Below the pieces are notes generated by a model. It saw only the letters and a list, made by a program, of their open reading frames with translations, was not told the DNA's origin and did not search any database. A stretch of DNA of 64,000 nt from a virus. How positions within the stretch are numbered: the first letter of the stretch is position 1; every line of letters begins with the position of its first letter. The stretch spans positions 1 to 64,000 of the IMG/VR virus record IMGVR_UViG_3300025941_000667; one strand, 5' to 3'. Below, piece after piece: positions 37,917 to 49,600 of this stretch. Position numbers and translations under genes: made by a program.

Positions 37917-39844
37917 TAGGCAACCGCCTCCGTGACACCCTGGACAAACCGCACGCGCCCGAGTTCGCGAGCATACGGGTTGCCGTCACTGGTTAAGACC
38001 TTGATATCGTAAAAATAAAGTTTCCGGGTGGAGAAAATTACACGAGACATCTCAGAAGCATAAATCGCAAAGACGAGGCGTCCAACCCCATCCGTCGTGC
38101 CGTCATCTGTAATCTGCCCATTCATCCCGAGTATGGGAGTAATCACCTTCTGGAAGGGGGCTTCGTCGTCAGTTTGCTGAAGATTTTCCTTGATCGTGAA
38201 CCACGCTTTTGTCAGAGTCAGCCCCGGGGGAATTGCCTGCACTTGGCGTATTAACTGATCGGCGCTGCCAAGCACCAAGTCATCAATCGTACTATTCAGA
38301 ATCGGCACGGGCGTTTCTCCTTCGGCCAAGCTGATCACGCCATAATGAAACGTCTTGAGCGTAATGACGCGGGGCAGACAGAGCGTCTTTTGAAAGGTGA
38401 GTTCGACAGGGGAAGGCGGAGTAGGGATCACATCGCCAAAGACGAAGGCGCCCACCACACCCTGAGAGAAGTCTTCACACCAACATCCACCTAACACCGG
38501 ATCGTAGAGCGCAGTTGTAGGGTTAAATACGCGAGAAGCATCATTCGTTTGGTTGAATCCATTAAAAAAGACACCGACGCACCCGGTCACTCCAGCGAAG
38601 TCTATACTCCGAATGATATCTAATGTGAGTAAATCAATTTCGTAAAAGATCGGACCAGTTACACCGCCATCGACCAAAAACATCGACGTATCGTCAATCG
38701 TGTGATGGAACGATTGATAATTATGGTCGTACTGAATAGTAATGGGCGCATCAGCAGTATCCGTTACGACGCCATCAGTAAGACGACACTTTACAAGTTT
38801 GTCCGCGGCGCCGATGAACAAGGAATTATCAGCCGCAACCCACCGCACCATGGGTTCTGCTCGATGGCCCATCGTAAAATTAGCGCTCAAGTCTTCCATC
38901 AGCGTCTGTGTCCCATCGGGCGCCACTTTCCAGAGCAAGGTATAGACTGCATTATCGTCGAGACTGACGCACCACAAATTGCCCGCGGAATCCGAGTCAA
39001 TATCCCAGACTCGATTGCGCGTGCCGCCCACCGGTACCCCATCCCAGCTCGCGGCAGTCTTGTTGTACACACGAACGCGCGTCTCTCGGTCCCAACAGTG
39101 AAGATTGCCGTGGATTGAATGATCGTCAGCTTGGTCGAGCGCCCAAACAAAATGATTCGGGCTATGGCGATCGACGCGGACTTGGCCGGCTGAAGGATAC
39201 AGAATAGTGACGCCGTTCGTGGTGACGCTGCCGATCTTCGTCAACGTGTCTGCAGCAAAGGCCGTCTGTGCTTCTTTACTCTGCGTGAGGTTCCCCACTT
39301 CAATCCCAATCCACCACAGCACCCCAAACTCGTCCATATCAGGTGGCCCAAAACTCGGCCAGTTGTGAAATTGTCCGGTGTGATCGGTAATGACGCCCGT
39401 GCGACGATTGAGCGCCCAGACGTGAGAAGACGCACCTGCATTGTTGGGAGCGCCGCCGATCGAGTAGAGATAGGGCGCCACATCGCCACGAGGATCATAG
39501 AGTAAGCAGTTGCGGGCGAGCCCTGGTAGATGATTGTAGGGTTGATACGCCGTAAACGAGAGAAGAGTCACGGTAAACGCAACGACAAGACTTCCGGTGG
39601 AGGCATCGAGGTTTGTAACCGTCACTGTGCGCCGGCCAAGCGCCGCGCCGCCATTGATGACGACGTTAAGATGAATCTGCGTGGCCGAATCAATAACAGT
39701 GGTTGCGGCCTCGGGGGCCACATTCGCGCCGCTAAAGGTCACCACCGCACCCGCAACAAAGCCGGTTCCATGGATCACGACATGGAACAGATGGCCGCCT
39801 TGCGCGCCAAAATTCGGAGTAATACTGGTGACCGTGACTGCCAT
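37916..39844 (-). CDS. IPT/Ig domain, beta-propeller-like region and C-terminal BppU-like Ig domain; putative virion protein
   Basis: VTSITPNFGAQG..GTGF..RTVTVTN; C-terminal AWFTIK..YFYDIKV..GRVRFVQGVT; no signal peptide. Confidence 0.6.
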   Translation of the reverse strand: MAVTVTSITPNFGAQGGHLFHVVIHGTGFVAGAVVTFSGANVAPEAATTVIDSATQIHLNVVINGGAALGRRTVTVTNLDASTGSLVVAFTVTLLSFTAYQPYNHLPGLARNCLLYDPRGDVAPYLYSIGGAPNNAGASSHVWALNRRTGVITDHTGQFHNWPSFGPPDMDEFGVLWWIGIEVGNLTQSKEAQTAFAADTLTKIGSVTTNGVTILYPSAGQVRVDRHSPNHFVWALDQADDHSIHGNLHCWDRETRVRVYNKTAASWDGVPVGGTRNRVWDIDSDSAGNLWCVSLDDNAVYTLLWKVAPDGTQTLMEDLSANFTMGHRAEPMVRWVAADNSLFIGAADKLVKCRLTDGVVTDTADAPITIQYDHNYQSFHHTIDDTSMFLVDGGVTGPIFYEIDLLTLDIIRSIDFAGVTGCVGVFFNGFNQTNDASRVFNPTTALYDPVLGGCWCEDFSQGVVGAFVFGDVIPTPPSPVELTFQKTLCLPRVITLKTFHYGVISLAEGETPVPILNSTIDDLVLGSADQLIRQVQAIPPGLTLTKAWFTIKENLQQTDDEAPFQKVITPILGMNGQITDDGTTDGVGRLVFAIYASEMSRVIFSTRKLYFYDIKVLTSDGNPYARELGRVRFVQGVTEAVA

Positions 39845-39850
39845 AGTCTA

Positions 39851-40069
39851 TTACTTTACAGCGTCGACAATGGCCTCCGCCTGAGCTGCTGGCCCTTTCA
39901 ACCCCGCTTGTTCACTCGTGACATTGACTTGACGAGCACGCAAGCCAGCCATTCCTGCGGAGAAGGCGAGCATGGCTTCCGAATTATGGCCTTGATACAG
40001 AAAATACACACCCATCAAGATATTAAAGAGGCCCGGAAGGCCCGTTTGCCAATTGACCCACGTTCCCAT
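39851..40069 (-). CDS. Small membrane protein, holin candidate (72 aa)
   Basis: AGGAG SD; NWQTGLPGLFNILMGVYFL and a second hydrophobic segment. Confidence 0.5.
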   Translation of the reverse strand: MGTWVNWQTGLPGLFNILMGVYFLYQGHNSEAMLAFSAGMAGLRARQVNVTSEQAGLKGPAAQAEAIVDAVK

Positions 40070-40082
40070 AGATAACTCCTTA

Positions 40083-41084
40083 CTAATGCACCTGGACCGC
40101 AACGTTAGACGGCGGATTTGGCAGCGGCGCCGCACTGGGAGCCGGGTTTACTTCCGCAAAATTCGATGCTGCATTACCAACCTTGATGTTATCGTGATAG
40201 ACAATACTTTTTTCTCCTGCTGGTGGAATATGACCAGCCGTGTTTGCAATCCACCAACTTTGATACACGCCCCATTTGACATCTGTTTGGTTGAAATTAT
40301 TAAAAGAGTTAATGCCAGTAAATATCACCGTAGGAGTGCCGCCGGTTGTCCCTGTCCCATTCCGCCAGATTTGCAAGAGTCCATTCGATGTACTCCAGCG
40401 CGCATGAATCACGAAGTTCTCCCACTGATCCAGCACGGCGGCGCCAAGAGGAAGATCGGTGCGGGTAGCTAAGTTCACGTTTGGACAACTTGTCCCCGTA
40501 TTATTCTGTGCATCCACATGAGCATTCCAGACTAAGGAGCCCGTATGATTTGAGAACCAAATAACAAAGCGTGGCCCAAAGCCAGATCCGCAGGAGCCGC
40601 CAAGCTGGTGGGCTTGGAAAATCACTTGCCCATTAAAATCATTAAACGACGCATTGTGCGTATACTGCGTCGCGGAATCAATCCGCACGGAAAACCCGTA
40701 CCATTCGTCGGCCTCGGGGGTGTAGGGAATAGCAATTTCAGACTCACTGCGGTCACACGAGGGGAGCCCCGTTAAGTTACTTCCAAAGAGCCAACATGGA
40801 TTCCAGAATCCAGCAATTTGCCCAGGTTTCGCGATATGCTGGATCGCGTGCGTTCCTTCACTGACGGGTAAGGAAGGCGCCGTGGTAATGGTAATGGCGC
40901 CAGGATTCGGCGTAGACTGAAAATTCGGAGTGGGGCAACTGCCAGCATTGATTACCGATTGCGCGCACCTATCCGCTTGCCCATATGTGTTGTCGTTGTA
41001 GTCAACGGGGAATTTGTTGAGAATCGCAGCATGCGCGGGCGCAAGCGTGAATATCAGAAAGAGAAGACAAAGCAATGTGTTCAT
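40083..41084 (-). CDS. Secreted polysaccharide lyase-like protein (jelly-roll type)
   Basis: Signal peptide MNTLLCLLFLIFTLAPAHA; RSE, WYGFSV, IFQAH, WENFVIHARWS, GLLQIWRNG, KWGVY. Confidence 0.75.
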   Translation of the reverse strand: MNTLLCLLFLIFTLAPAHAAILNKFPVDYNDNTYGQADRCAQSVINAGSCPTPNFQSTPNPGAITITTAPSLPVSEGTHAIQHIAKPGQIAGFWNPCWLFGSNLTGLPSCDRSESEIAIPYTPEADEWYGFSVRIDSATQYTHNASFNDFNGQVIFQAHQLGGSCGSGFGPRFVIWFSNHTGSLVWNAHVDAQNNTGTSCPNVNLATRTDLPLGAAVLDQWENFVIHARWSTSNGLLQIWRNGTGTTGGTPTVIFTGINSFNNFNQTDVKWGVYQSWWIANTAGHIPPAGEKSIVYHDNIKVGNAASNFAEVNPAPSAAPLPNPPSNVAVQVH

Positions 41085-41085
41085 A

Positions 41086-44000
41086 TTAGGGGAGAGCAGT
41101 TCCCATATCCTGCTGGACCTCATAGGTAGACAGTAGGCGGTTATACGTTCGTATTTCGTCAAGGTTGCCATCCCACGCTCTATCAAGAGCAGGGCGGTTC
41201 CCCCATGTTTCCGCTTGCGCGTTGGTCTGGAGTGTTCCCGTCACGACAGCAACGGCAGTCACTGTCTGTTCGACGCCATCCAGCCACCAGCGGGGAAGAG
41301 AGGCGGGGAGCCCATCGTGACTAATCGCCACATGATGCCAGGCGTTGAGTGTCGGAATGGGGACGCTCCACTTGGCGATGCCGCCCGAGTAGAACCGCTG
41401 AAATTCTAAGGCAGTGCCGTTGCCACTGATGAGGGCGAGTTCTATTCCCTTATCGAAGATTCTGCCTACGCCGCCTCCCCCTGTCGAACGAATAAAGATC
41501 CAGGCTTCCCAAGTGCGTTGCGTAGAGTCTGCAGTCAGGCCCGCAATGGTCAAAATTGAATTGGTTGCATTGAAGTTAAGCGCATTCCCAAAGCTGGCAT
41601 GGGCTGCACGCGCCCCATTCGTAAATGTACCAGGGAGAGAATCGGCGGAATCCGTAACGACCGTTCCCGACGCTTCATTTGCCCCGAATGCAAGGATCGG
41701 GGGTTGCGGCTGAAAGGGGAGAAAACAGGCCGCGCCGGTTCCACCGATCCTTGCGGATTCGCCGGTTGCATTAAACGAGGCTACTTTGTAGCAGCAGCTC
41801 GTCGTTTGCGGCATGTTTGTGTCATCATACATCACTGCATTTGCTGCCGTCGTGGCAATCAGCGTATCCCCAGCGTCACTACACGAGCGGTACACATGAT
41901 CGCCCGTTTCAAGAGAGGAATTATCGGTCCAGGTAATCGTGGCAAAAGCAGGACCAGCAACAGTGAAGCCCGCAACGAGACTGCTACTTTGCCCGTCCGC
42001 ATTCGTGACAATGACCGTGCGGGTTCCTAGCGCCGTTTGCGCAGCAACCGTGATATTCGCCGTAATCTGCGTGGCCGAGTTGCGGGTGCAGGAATTGACC
42101 GTTACTCCGGCGCCGAAGCTACAGGATGGTCCGGTGACATAGTTCGTTCCGGTAATAATCACGTTAAACGCGGATGCTCCGCGCGTGCCGCTCGTAGGGG
42201 CAATAGACGTGATAGTCGGAGCAGGAGGGGGAGGAGCGGCGGTTACGGCAAACCCGTTCGTCAGGGTGCCGGTCAAGGTGTCGGGATTGGTAACGACAAC
42301 ATTACGAGTCGCAATCGTCGCACCCCCAGCAATCGTAATGCCTGCCGTGATTTGCGTGGCTGAGTTAAAGACACAGCTATTGATCGTGATTCCAGCACCG
42401 AAGCTACAGGTGGCGCCACTCTGAAAATCAGCGCCGGTAATCACTATGCTCAGCACCGCGTCTTGCGCGCCCGAGACCGGAGACACCGCACTAATAGTAG
42501 GCGCGGGCGGCGGCGCCGCAGTCACGGTAAAACCGTTGGTCAGACTCCCACTTTGCTGATCGGTATTCGTCACCATGACCGGCCGTGCTCCAGGGGAAGC
42601 AGCAGCGCCAACGGTGATACTGGAAGTAATCGAAGTCGCGGAGTTCAGCGCGCAGGTGTTGACGATGACTCCTGTACCGAAGGAACAGGTTGGCCCGGTC
42701 AGAAACCCCGTGCCAGTAATCGTAATACTTGTCGTTGCGCCTTGCTGTGCAAACGTCGGGGAAATCGAGGTCACCGTAGGAACAGGATTCACAAAAGGCG
42801 TAACTGTAAAAGAGGACACGGCAGTCCCGGTTTGTCCATCAGGGTTCATGATAGCGATATTGCGCAGCCCAAGGGTGGTATTGGCGGCGAGCGTGATGTT
42901 CGCAGTGATCTGCGTGACGGAATTGAAGATACAGCTATTGATGGTAATACTCGCGCCAAAATTGCAGGTAGCGCCACTCTGAAAGGCAGACCCGGTAATC
43001 ACCACAGCAGTCAAGGTGGCGCCTTGCGCGCCTGAGTTGGGTGAAGCGGAGGTCGGCGCCGGAGGAGGGAGCGGCGCTGCTTGCACAGAAAACCCACTCA
43101 CGAGACTGCCGCTCTGCGCATCCTGGTTCGTCACTGTGACTGTCCGTGGGCCAACAGCAGCAGCGCCATTGATCGTCACACTCGCCGTGATCGACGTGCT
43201 GGAATTAAAAGTGCACGTATTGGCAATGCCCGCGCCGAAATTGCACGTCGGCAGATTGAGAAACCCTGTTCCTACAATTGTCACACTAGCCACTGTCCCT
43301 TGTGTCCCCACATTGGGCGTGACACTGGTAATCGTGGGCGGGTCGTTAATAAATGGTGTGACCGTAAAACCATCAGTTAATGTCCCAGCTTGCGTATCGG
43401 GATTGGTCACTGTTACGTTGCGCACCCCTGTAGTCGCCGCTTGAGCAATCGTCAGTGCTGCCGTGAGTTGTGTAGGAGAATTGAAGACACAAGAATTGAC
43501 GGCAATGCCGGCGCCGAAGGAACAGGTTGCGCCGCTCTGAAAAGCAGAGCCGGCAATCAGAACTCCAGTCAGCACCGCATCTTGTGCGCCGTTCGGGGGC
43601 GTCACGGAAGTCACCACTGGGGGAGGGAGCGCCGCCGATTGAACGTTAAACCCACTGACAAGACTGCCACTTTGCGCGTCAGTGTTCGTCACCGTCACTG
43701 TGCGTACCCCCACCGAGGCGCTCGCGCCAATGGTAATACTCGCCGTGATCTGTGTGGCGGAGTTACGGGTACAGCTATTAATGGTGATGCCAGTGCCGAA
43801 ATTGCAGGTCGGAGAGGCAAGAAACCCGGTGCCAGTGATCACAATACTACTGCCACTGTCTCCTTGTACTCCAGCATTAGGATTCACCCCGGTGACCGTC
43901 GGAGCAGGATTCACAAAGGCCGTCACGGTAAAGACGCTTACTCCAGTCCCGGTTTGCAAGTCGGGATTGGTAATAGCAATGTTTCGTAGTCCAAGCGTCG

Positions 44001-46644
44001 TACCTACAGCAAGGGTAATATTCGCTGTGATTTGCGTAGCGGAATTGAAGATACAGGAGTTGATCGTGATACTCGCACCGAAATTACAGGTAGCGCCAGA
44101 TTGGAAATTGGTGCCGGTAATGACAACACTAGAAAGTGTGGCGCCTTGCGCCCCGGTGTTGGGAGAGGCCGAGGTCACAGTAGGCGCGGGAATCACTGCC
44201 CCTGTCACGGTAAAGGCGCTCACCAGACTACCCACTTGGGAGTCAGGATTGGTCACCGTGACTGTCCGATTTCCCACCGCTGCACCCCCACCAATCGTGA
44301 TATTCGCGGTAAGCTGCGTAGCAGAGTTAAACGTACAGCTATTGACCGTGATATTGGCCCCATAACTGCAGGTCGCACCACTCTGAAAGCCGGTTCCAGC
44401 AATAACATCACTCGCAATGCTATCGCCTTGGGCGCCAGTATTGGGCGTAACAGATGATACGACTGGAGGAGGAGGCGGAGGTTGCGAAACCGTAAAGCCC
44501 GCTGCAAGGGCAGCGCTCTGAGAATCGGGATTCGTGACAGTCAGTGAGCGCGTACCTAGCGTGGCGCCTCCAGCAATGGTGATATTCGCCGTCAATGACG
44601 AGGAGGAAGTAAAGGAACAAGAATTTGTGGTGATCCCTGCCCCAAAATCACAGGTGGCTCCGTTCTGAAAATTCGCACCAGCGATCGCTACGGCGACGGT
44701 CGCGCCTTGCGCCGCAATGTTTGGGGTCAGTGAGGTAATCGTTGGGGGTGGAGGAGTGGGCTGCGTAACAGTAAAGGCAGGGGCCAGTGTAGTAATTTGC
44801 GCATCGGGATTGGTGATTGTCAGGGTATAGGTGCCAAGATCCGCCCCTACATCAATCGTGATATTCGCAGTCAGTTGCGTACTCGACGTGAATGGACAGC
44901 TCAGTGTGTTGATCCCGGCGCCAAAACCACAAGTCGCGCCGTTCTGAAAGCCCGTGCCAGTAATGACGACCGCAACGGTGTCGCCACGCGCCGCGATATT
45001 AGGGACAACAGAGGTAATCACTGGCGGCGGGCGTGGCCCCTGTGTCACGGTGAATCCATTCGACAAAGTGCTTAATTGAAAATCTGGGTTGGTCACCGTG
45101 ACAGTATGTCCACCCTGGGGCGCATCGGAGGCAATCGTCAGCAGCCCAGTAAGGGTTGTCGAAGAAACAAAGGAGCAGGTGCTGGTAATGCCAACGCCGA
45201 AATCGCATGTTCCACCTGTGCGAAAATCCGTGCCGGTAATAGTAACACTGAGATTGCTTGCGCTCTGCGCTCCGGTCGCCGGCGAGACGCTCGACACAAC
45301 GGGAGGGTTCGGGGGTGTAATAGGACAGGTCTCTTGCCCAGTCGCAATCCGCCAATCTGAGCAGGTAGCGTAGGTATCTACCCCCCAGAGAACCACAAAC
45401 GGCGTCGCCACAAAGATATTGCCCGAAAAGAAGAGACCGGTTTGACAGGCAAGTTGCCCCACTGTCGCGATGATAAGATCCGGGCCGGTAGTCGTCAGAG
45501 GATTGCCCCCGAGTCCCACATCTTGGACACACGCGGACGCAGAGACGGGATTGTCAATCAAGATGGTCGCACGCGGGTGCGCCCCGGAAGTGAGCGTCAA
45601 CGTATTGGAGTTCAAGACCGAGTTCGTCACTGCGCCCCGCACAGTGAGGCTACCCATGCTCAAAATGGCATCATCCGTAGATATATTGTTTGTAACCTGC
45701 GTATTGGTATGTTGCGAAAGTCCAGCGATATCTTGTCGAAGAAGATATCCAGCCCCATCATTCGCAGAGGATATATTGTCATGCACTGTCGAATTCTGAA
45801 CATTGGGACCAAGAACAAACCCCTCGCCATCGACGCTGCCTGTCAGATTCCCATGCGAGTTATTAGCGTGCATGTTCATCGCACTAGAGTCATACACGGC
45901 AATACCTGCCGGGCCTGGAGTGCTCGAATTTGTGGCCCCATTGGCGTAGGCTTCTGAGTTTACAATTTCACCGCTCAGCGTCCCTCCTAGGCTAATGCCA
46001 GAGCCGCCAGCGTTATCATGTGAAATCACGCCATCGAGAATAATATCCTGATTGACATTCTGAGCGCCGGCGCCGATCACCACCCCCGTGTTGCCGTTGT
46101 TATGCACCGCAAGGGTCGTCAACCGAATCGTGCGATACGAAGTAAACGCATACAACAAAATACCGTACCGCCCATACTCACTCACGGAAAGATCAGAGAG
46201 AGAAATACCCGCACTACCGCTGCCATTATTTTGTGTAAAGACAAGCCCGTCACCCAGTGAAGTCGCAGGCGTTCCGTTGCCCACAAAATTCAATCCAGTA
46301 ACGGTCATCCAACTGAGATTGTTCGCGACGATGCCTTGATTGCCGGTAATCGTGGCGCGACCCGCGCCATAGGAGGACACAAGCACGGGATTAACGGAAG
46401 AGCCACTATCGCTGGAGGAGAAACGAATAGGGCCGGCGAAAGAATCGCCGCCACGGAAGAGGATAAGATCACCAGGATGGAAGGATTGCAGATTGACCCG
46501 CAGCACCGTATGCCACGCCGTCTCTGGGGTCAGGCCATCGCCACAGGTATCATCGCCTGTGGAGGACACATAATAGGTGGCGGCCTGGAGAGGCGCGGGC
46601 AAAAAGAGGAGAAAAAGAAAGAGCAGTACATAGAGTTTACGCAT
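41086..46644 (-). CDS. Secreted adhesin-like protein: right-handed beta-helix, 12 IPT/Ig repeats, FN3-like and LamG-like domains
   Basis: Signal peptide ending LQA; TYYVS..GDD..G..P.TAW..PGD.ILFRGG; 12 repeats with TC.FG..C; WHHVAI, LDEIRTYNRLLS..EV. Confidence 0.8.
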   Translation of the reverse strand: MRKLYVLLFLFLLFLPAPLQAATYYVSSTGDDTCGDGLTPETAWHTVLRVNLQSFHPGDLILFRGGDSFAGPIRFSSSDSGSSVNPVLVSSYGAGRATITGNQGIVANNLSWMTVTGLNFVGNGTPATSLGDGLVFTQNNGSGSAGISLSDLSVSEYGRYGILLYAFTSYRTIRLTTLAVHNNGNTGVVIGAGAQNVNQDIILDGVISHDNAGGSGISLGGTLSGEIVNSEAYANGATNSSTPGPAGIAVYDSSAMNMHANNSHGNLTGSVDGEGFVLGPNVQNSTVHDNISSANDGAGYLLRQDIAGLSQHTNTQVTNNISTDDAILSMGSLTVRGAVTNSVLNSNTLTLTSGAHPRATILIDNPVSASACVQDVGLGGNPLTTTGPDLIIATVGQLACQTGLFFSGNIFVATPFVVLWGVDTYATCSDWRIATGQETCPITPPNPPVVSSVSPATGAQSASNLSVTITGTDFRTGGTCDFGVGITSTCSFVSSTTLTGLLTIASDAPQGGHTVTVTNPDFQLSTLSNGFTVTQGPRPPPVITSVVPNIAARGDTVAVVITGTGFQNGATCGFGAGINTLSCPFTSSTQLTANITIDVGADLGTYTLTITNPDAQITTLAPAFTVTQPTPPPPTITSLTPNIAAQGATVAVAIAGANFQNGATCDFGAGITTNSCSFTSSSSLTANITIAGGATLGTRSLTVTNPDSQSAALAAGFTVSQPPPPPPVVSSVTPNTGAQGDSIASDVIAGTGFQSGATCSYGANITVNSCTFNSATQLTANITIGGGAAVGNRTVTVTNPDSQVGSLVSAFTVTGAVIPAPTVTSASPNTGAQGATLSSVVITGTNFQSGATCNFGASITINSCIFNSATQITANITLAVGTTLGLRNIAITNPDLQTGTGVSVFTVTAFVNPAPTVTGVNPNAGVQGDSGSSIVITGTGFLASPTCNFGTGITINSCTRNSATQITASITIGASASVGVRTVTVTNTDAQSGSLVSGFNVQSAALPPPVVTSVTPPNGAQDAVLTGVLIAGSAFQSGATCSFGAGIAVNSCVFNSPTQLTAALTIAQAATTGVRNVTVTNPDTQAGTLTDGFTVTPFINDPPTITSVTPNVGTQGTVASVTIVGTGFLNLPTCNFGAGIANTCTFNSSTSITASVTINGAAAVGPRTVTVTNQDAQSGSLVSGFSVQAAPLPPPAPTSASPNSGAQGATLTAVVITGSAFQSGATCNFGASITINSCIFNSVTQITANITLAANTTLGLRNIAIMNPDGQTGTAVSSFTVTPFVNPVPTVTSISPTFAQQGATTSITITGTGFLTGPTCSFGTGVIVNTCALNSATSITSSITVGAAASPGARPVMVTNTDQQSGSLTNGFTVTAAPPPAPTISAVSPVSGAQDAVLSIVITGADFQSGATCSFGAGITINSCVFNSATQITAGITIAGGATIATRNVVVTNPDTLTGTLTNGFAVTAAPPPPAPTITSIAPTSGTRGASAFNVIITGTNYVTGPSCSFGAGVTVNSCTRNSATQITANITVAAQTALGTRTVIVTNADGQSSSLVAGFTVAGPAFATITWTDNSSLETGDHVYRSCSDAGDTLIATTAANAVMYDDTNMPQTTSCCYKVASFNATGESARIGGTGAACFLPFQPQPPILAFGANEASGTVVTDSADSLPGTFTNGARAAHASFGNALNFNATNSILTIAGLTADSTQRTWEAWIFIRSTGGGGVGRIFDKGIELALISGNGTALEFQRFYSGGIAKWSVPIPTLNAWHHVAISHDGLPASLPRWWLDGVEQTVTAVAVVTGTLQTNAQAETWGNRPALDRAWDGNLDEIRTYNRLLSTYEVQQDMGTALP
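41950..45310 (-). repeat. 12 tandem IPT/Ig-like coding repeats of about 93-95 aa (boundaries approximate)
   Basis: P(T/V)(I/V)TS..P..G.QG....I.GT.F....TC.FG.GI...SC...S.TQ.TA.I.I.....G.R.VTVTN.D. Confidence 0.85.
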
Positions 46645-46647
46645 GAA

Positions 46648-49600
46648 TTATGATCGTCTCGCGAGTTGACGTTTGAGTTCGTCAATCTGCGCCTGTTGTT
46701 CCTGAATGGCTTTGACTAAGACCGCTGTAAGTTCCTGGTATCGCACGCCTTGAAGTTTGCCGTCGGTACCATAACCCACGAGCCGCTTATCTACGCTCTC
46801 GGTATGGTGAGCGCCGAGCCCTGGCTGTTCATACTTATCACCGGCAGCAATTTCCTTCTTTTTCCAAGTAAACCAGAAGGGTTTGAGTTTCATGACAATA
46901 TCAAGGCCATTCATGGCATGGGACCACTTGATATTTTTCCATTCTTCAAGAGACGCCGTACAGGCAGTCGAGTTGTTGACTCGAAGATTCCCTGTTGACG
47001 TTGTCCAACACACCGTGCCAGTCGTCGCGCCGGTATTCGTGGACAAATCGGGCAGCTGTAGAATACCGTGCATAATCGTATTGGCAGTGGTGTTTGTTCC
47101 AGTCCCCGTTACGAGCACCCAACTCCCGCCAGTGCCGCCGATATTGATTGTGTCCGACGTGCTTAACGATGCGGTCGTGATAGCGGCGCTGACCCCCATT
47201 TCGATATTATTGGAACCGGTCGTCAGTACCGTCGACGCGACATTGGGACCGATAAGCAGATTATTGGCGCCGGTCGTCACGATAAGACCGGCCTTTCGCC
47301 CCAATGCGGTGTTGCCGGCGCCGGTAGCAACCTGGAGCGCCGCAGATCCTAAACCCGTAGCGTTCGACCCAGTATGTAAGCCAAGCACTCCATCGCCAAT
47401 AGCCGTATTGTCATTCCCGCTCACAACCGTATGTAGGGCGCCATTGCCCATTGCCACATTATCGCCGCCACTTGTCACTAAGGCATCGGCATTGGTTCCA
47501 ATGGCAACATTTGAGCCGCCGCCAATGGTGGCGTTCCCTGCATGGTATCCAATATAGGTATTGCCAGTGCCGCCACTAATTGTTGCAGGGGCGCCCGAGT
47601 TGCCTACCACTGTATTCTGATTGGTGGCGCCATCTTCCCAGAGCGCGCACACGCCGCCGAGTTGATATTGGCAGGTCGTGCCAGTACCCGTCGTATTTAC
47701 CGTTGTTGCACTCGCAACGCCTAATGTCGGCGTCACCAACGTCGGTGAGGTATTAAACACTGCCGTGCCACTGCCCGTCTCATCAGAGAGCACCCCAGCC
47801 AGTTCCGCAGATGTGGTTGCAGCAAAGACGCTGAGCTTATTCCCGGTATACGCAACCGTACCGCCCGCACCAAACGCCACAGTCGAAGTATCAGTCCCTG
47901 TAAAGGTCAACGTATTGCTGGCGGTCAGTGTCTTACCGTCTGCTATCGTAAGAGTTGCCGAAGTAGCAGGCGGTGTAATCGCGACCTTATTGATCGAGGT
48001 GGCGGCGGCAACACCGAGGACGGGGGTTGTCAGGATAGGAGTCGTATCCAGCACGGCTTTCCCCGTACCAGTAATGTCACTAATCGCGGTCCCGTTAATC
48101 TTGAAAACGTTCCCGGACCCCGCAGTGTCATAGGTTTTATTCGTGAGAGTATCAGTCGTGGCCTTGCCTACGGCGGTATCCGTAGCGGCAGGAATACTCC
48201 AAGTGACGGTTCCTAGGGCTCCTGCTACAGGTTGTACGGTCACGACTCCAGAGGTAGCGTTGCCCATACTCATTGAGCCAAGTGTCCCGCTCGCACCAAG
48301 CGCAAGCGATGTTCCAGAGGCAACACCCAACACCGGAGTTACAAGCGTAGGGGAAGTATCTAACACCATTTTGCCAGTGCCGGTCTTGTCGGACACGGTC
48401 ACGGTGTTGATCTTAAAAACATTCCCACTGCCCGCCGTGTCAAAGGTTTTGTTCGTGAGAGTATCGGTGGTTGCTTTGCCCACGAGCGTATCAGTTGCGG
48501 CAGGCAGACTAAGAGTAGGAGTCCCAAGAGCGCCAGTCACGGGAGCAACGGTAATGGTTCCAGAGGTCGCATTCCCCATTGTGAGAGAGCCTAACGTCCC
48601 AGAAGCTCCTAGGGTTGGTGTCGCTGTAAATGCAGGAGTAGCCCCAGCTAAGACTTGGCCTGCGGCCCCGGTCACCGTGAGATTTCCCGTTGCGGTACTC
48701 AACGCGAGCGGCGCAGATACGGTTACGGCGGGCGTCCCTGAAGACGTGCCCCATGTCACCGTGGGTGTCCCAGCCGCGGCTTGCGGCTTGACTGTGACGG
48801 TCCCGCTCGTATTGCCGTTCATCGTCAACTGTCCAATGGACCCGCCATTCGCGCCCAAGGCCAGTGTTGTGCCGGTCGCTGCCCCAAGTACAGGCGTTAC
48901 TAGCGTCGGCGTCGTATCCAACACCACTTTTCCCGTTCCCGTTTTATCGGTCACGGCGGTAGTGTTAATCTTCAATACGTTGCCGGTATCAGCAGTATCG
49001 AAGGTCTTATTGGTAAAAACATCAGTGGTTGCTTTACCCACTGCGGTATCCGTTGCAGCGGGGAGGCTCCAGGTCACCGTCCCAAGAGCGCCAGCCACCG
49101 GAGCAACGGTTACGGTCCCGGAAGTGGCATTGCCCATGGTGAGAGAGCCAAGTGTTCCAGAAGCACCGAGAGTCGGGGTTGCAGTAAAAGCGCCGGTTGC
49201 CCCATTGGGCACTTGTCCAGCACCACCAGAAAGCGAGACGGCGCCGGCAGCGCTGACGGCCACAGGGGCAGTACCTGTGATGGCGCCCCCCCCTGAACTC
49301 GTAACACAGGTCGCGCAGGTCATATTGCCGGTGGCGCTGGTAATCGCGAGGGGGGAGGATGCAGTCACAGCAGGCGTACCGCTGGCCGTACCGAAAGTAA
49401 CGGTAGGCGTACCTGCAGCCGCTTGGGGCTTGAGTAGTACGGACCCGCTACTATTTCCGGCAAAAGTGAGGGTGCCAATCGAGGCGCCTGCGATACCGAG
49501 TGTCGGAGTCGCGGTAAAGGCGCCGGTCAAACCATTTGGCACTTGGCCCGCAGTACCGGAGAGAGAAATCGCACCGGCAGCAGAAACTGCAACAGGGGCA

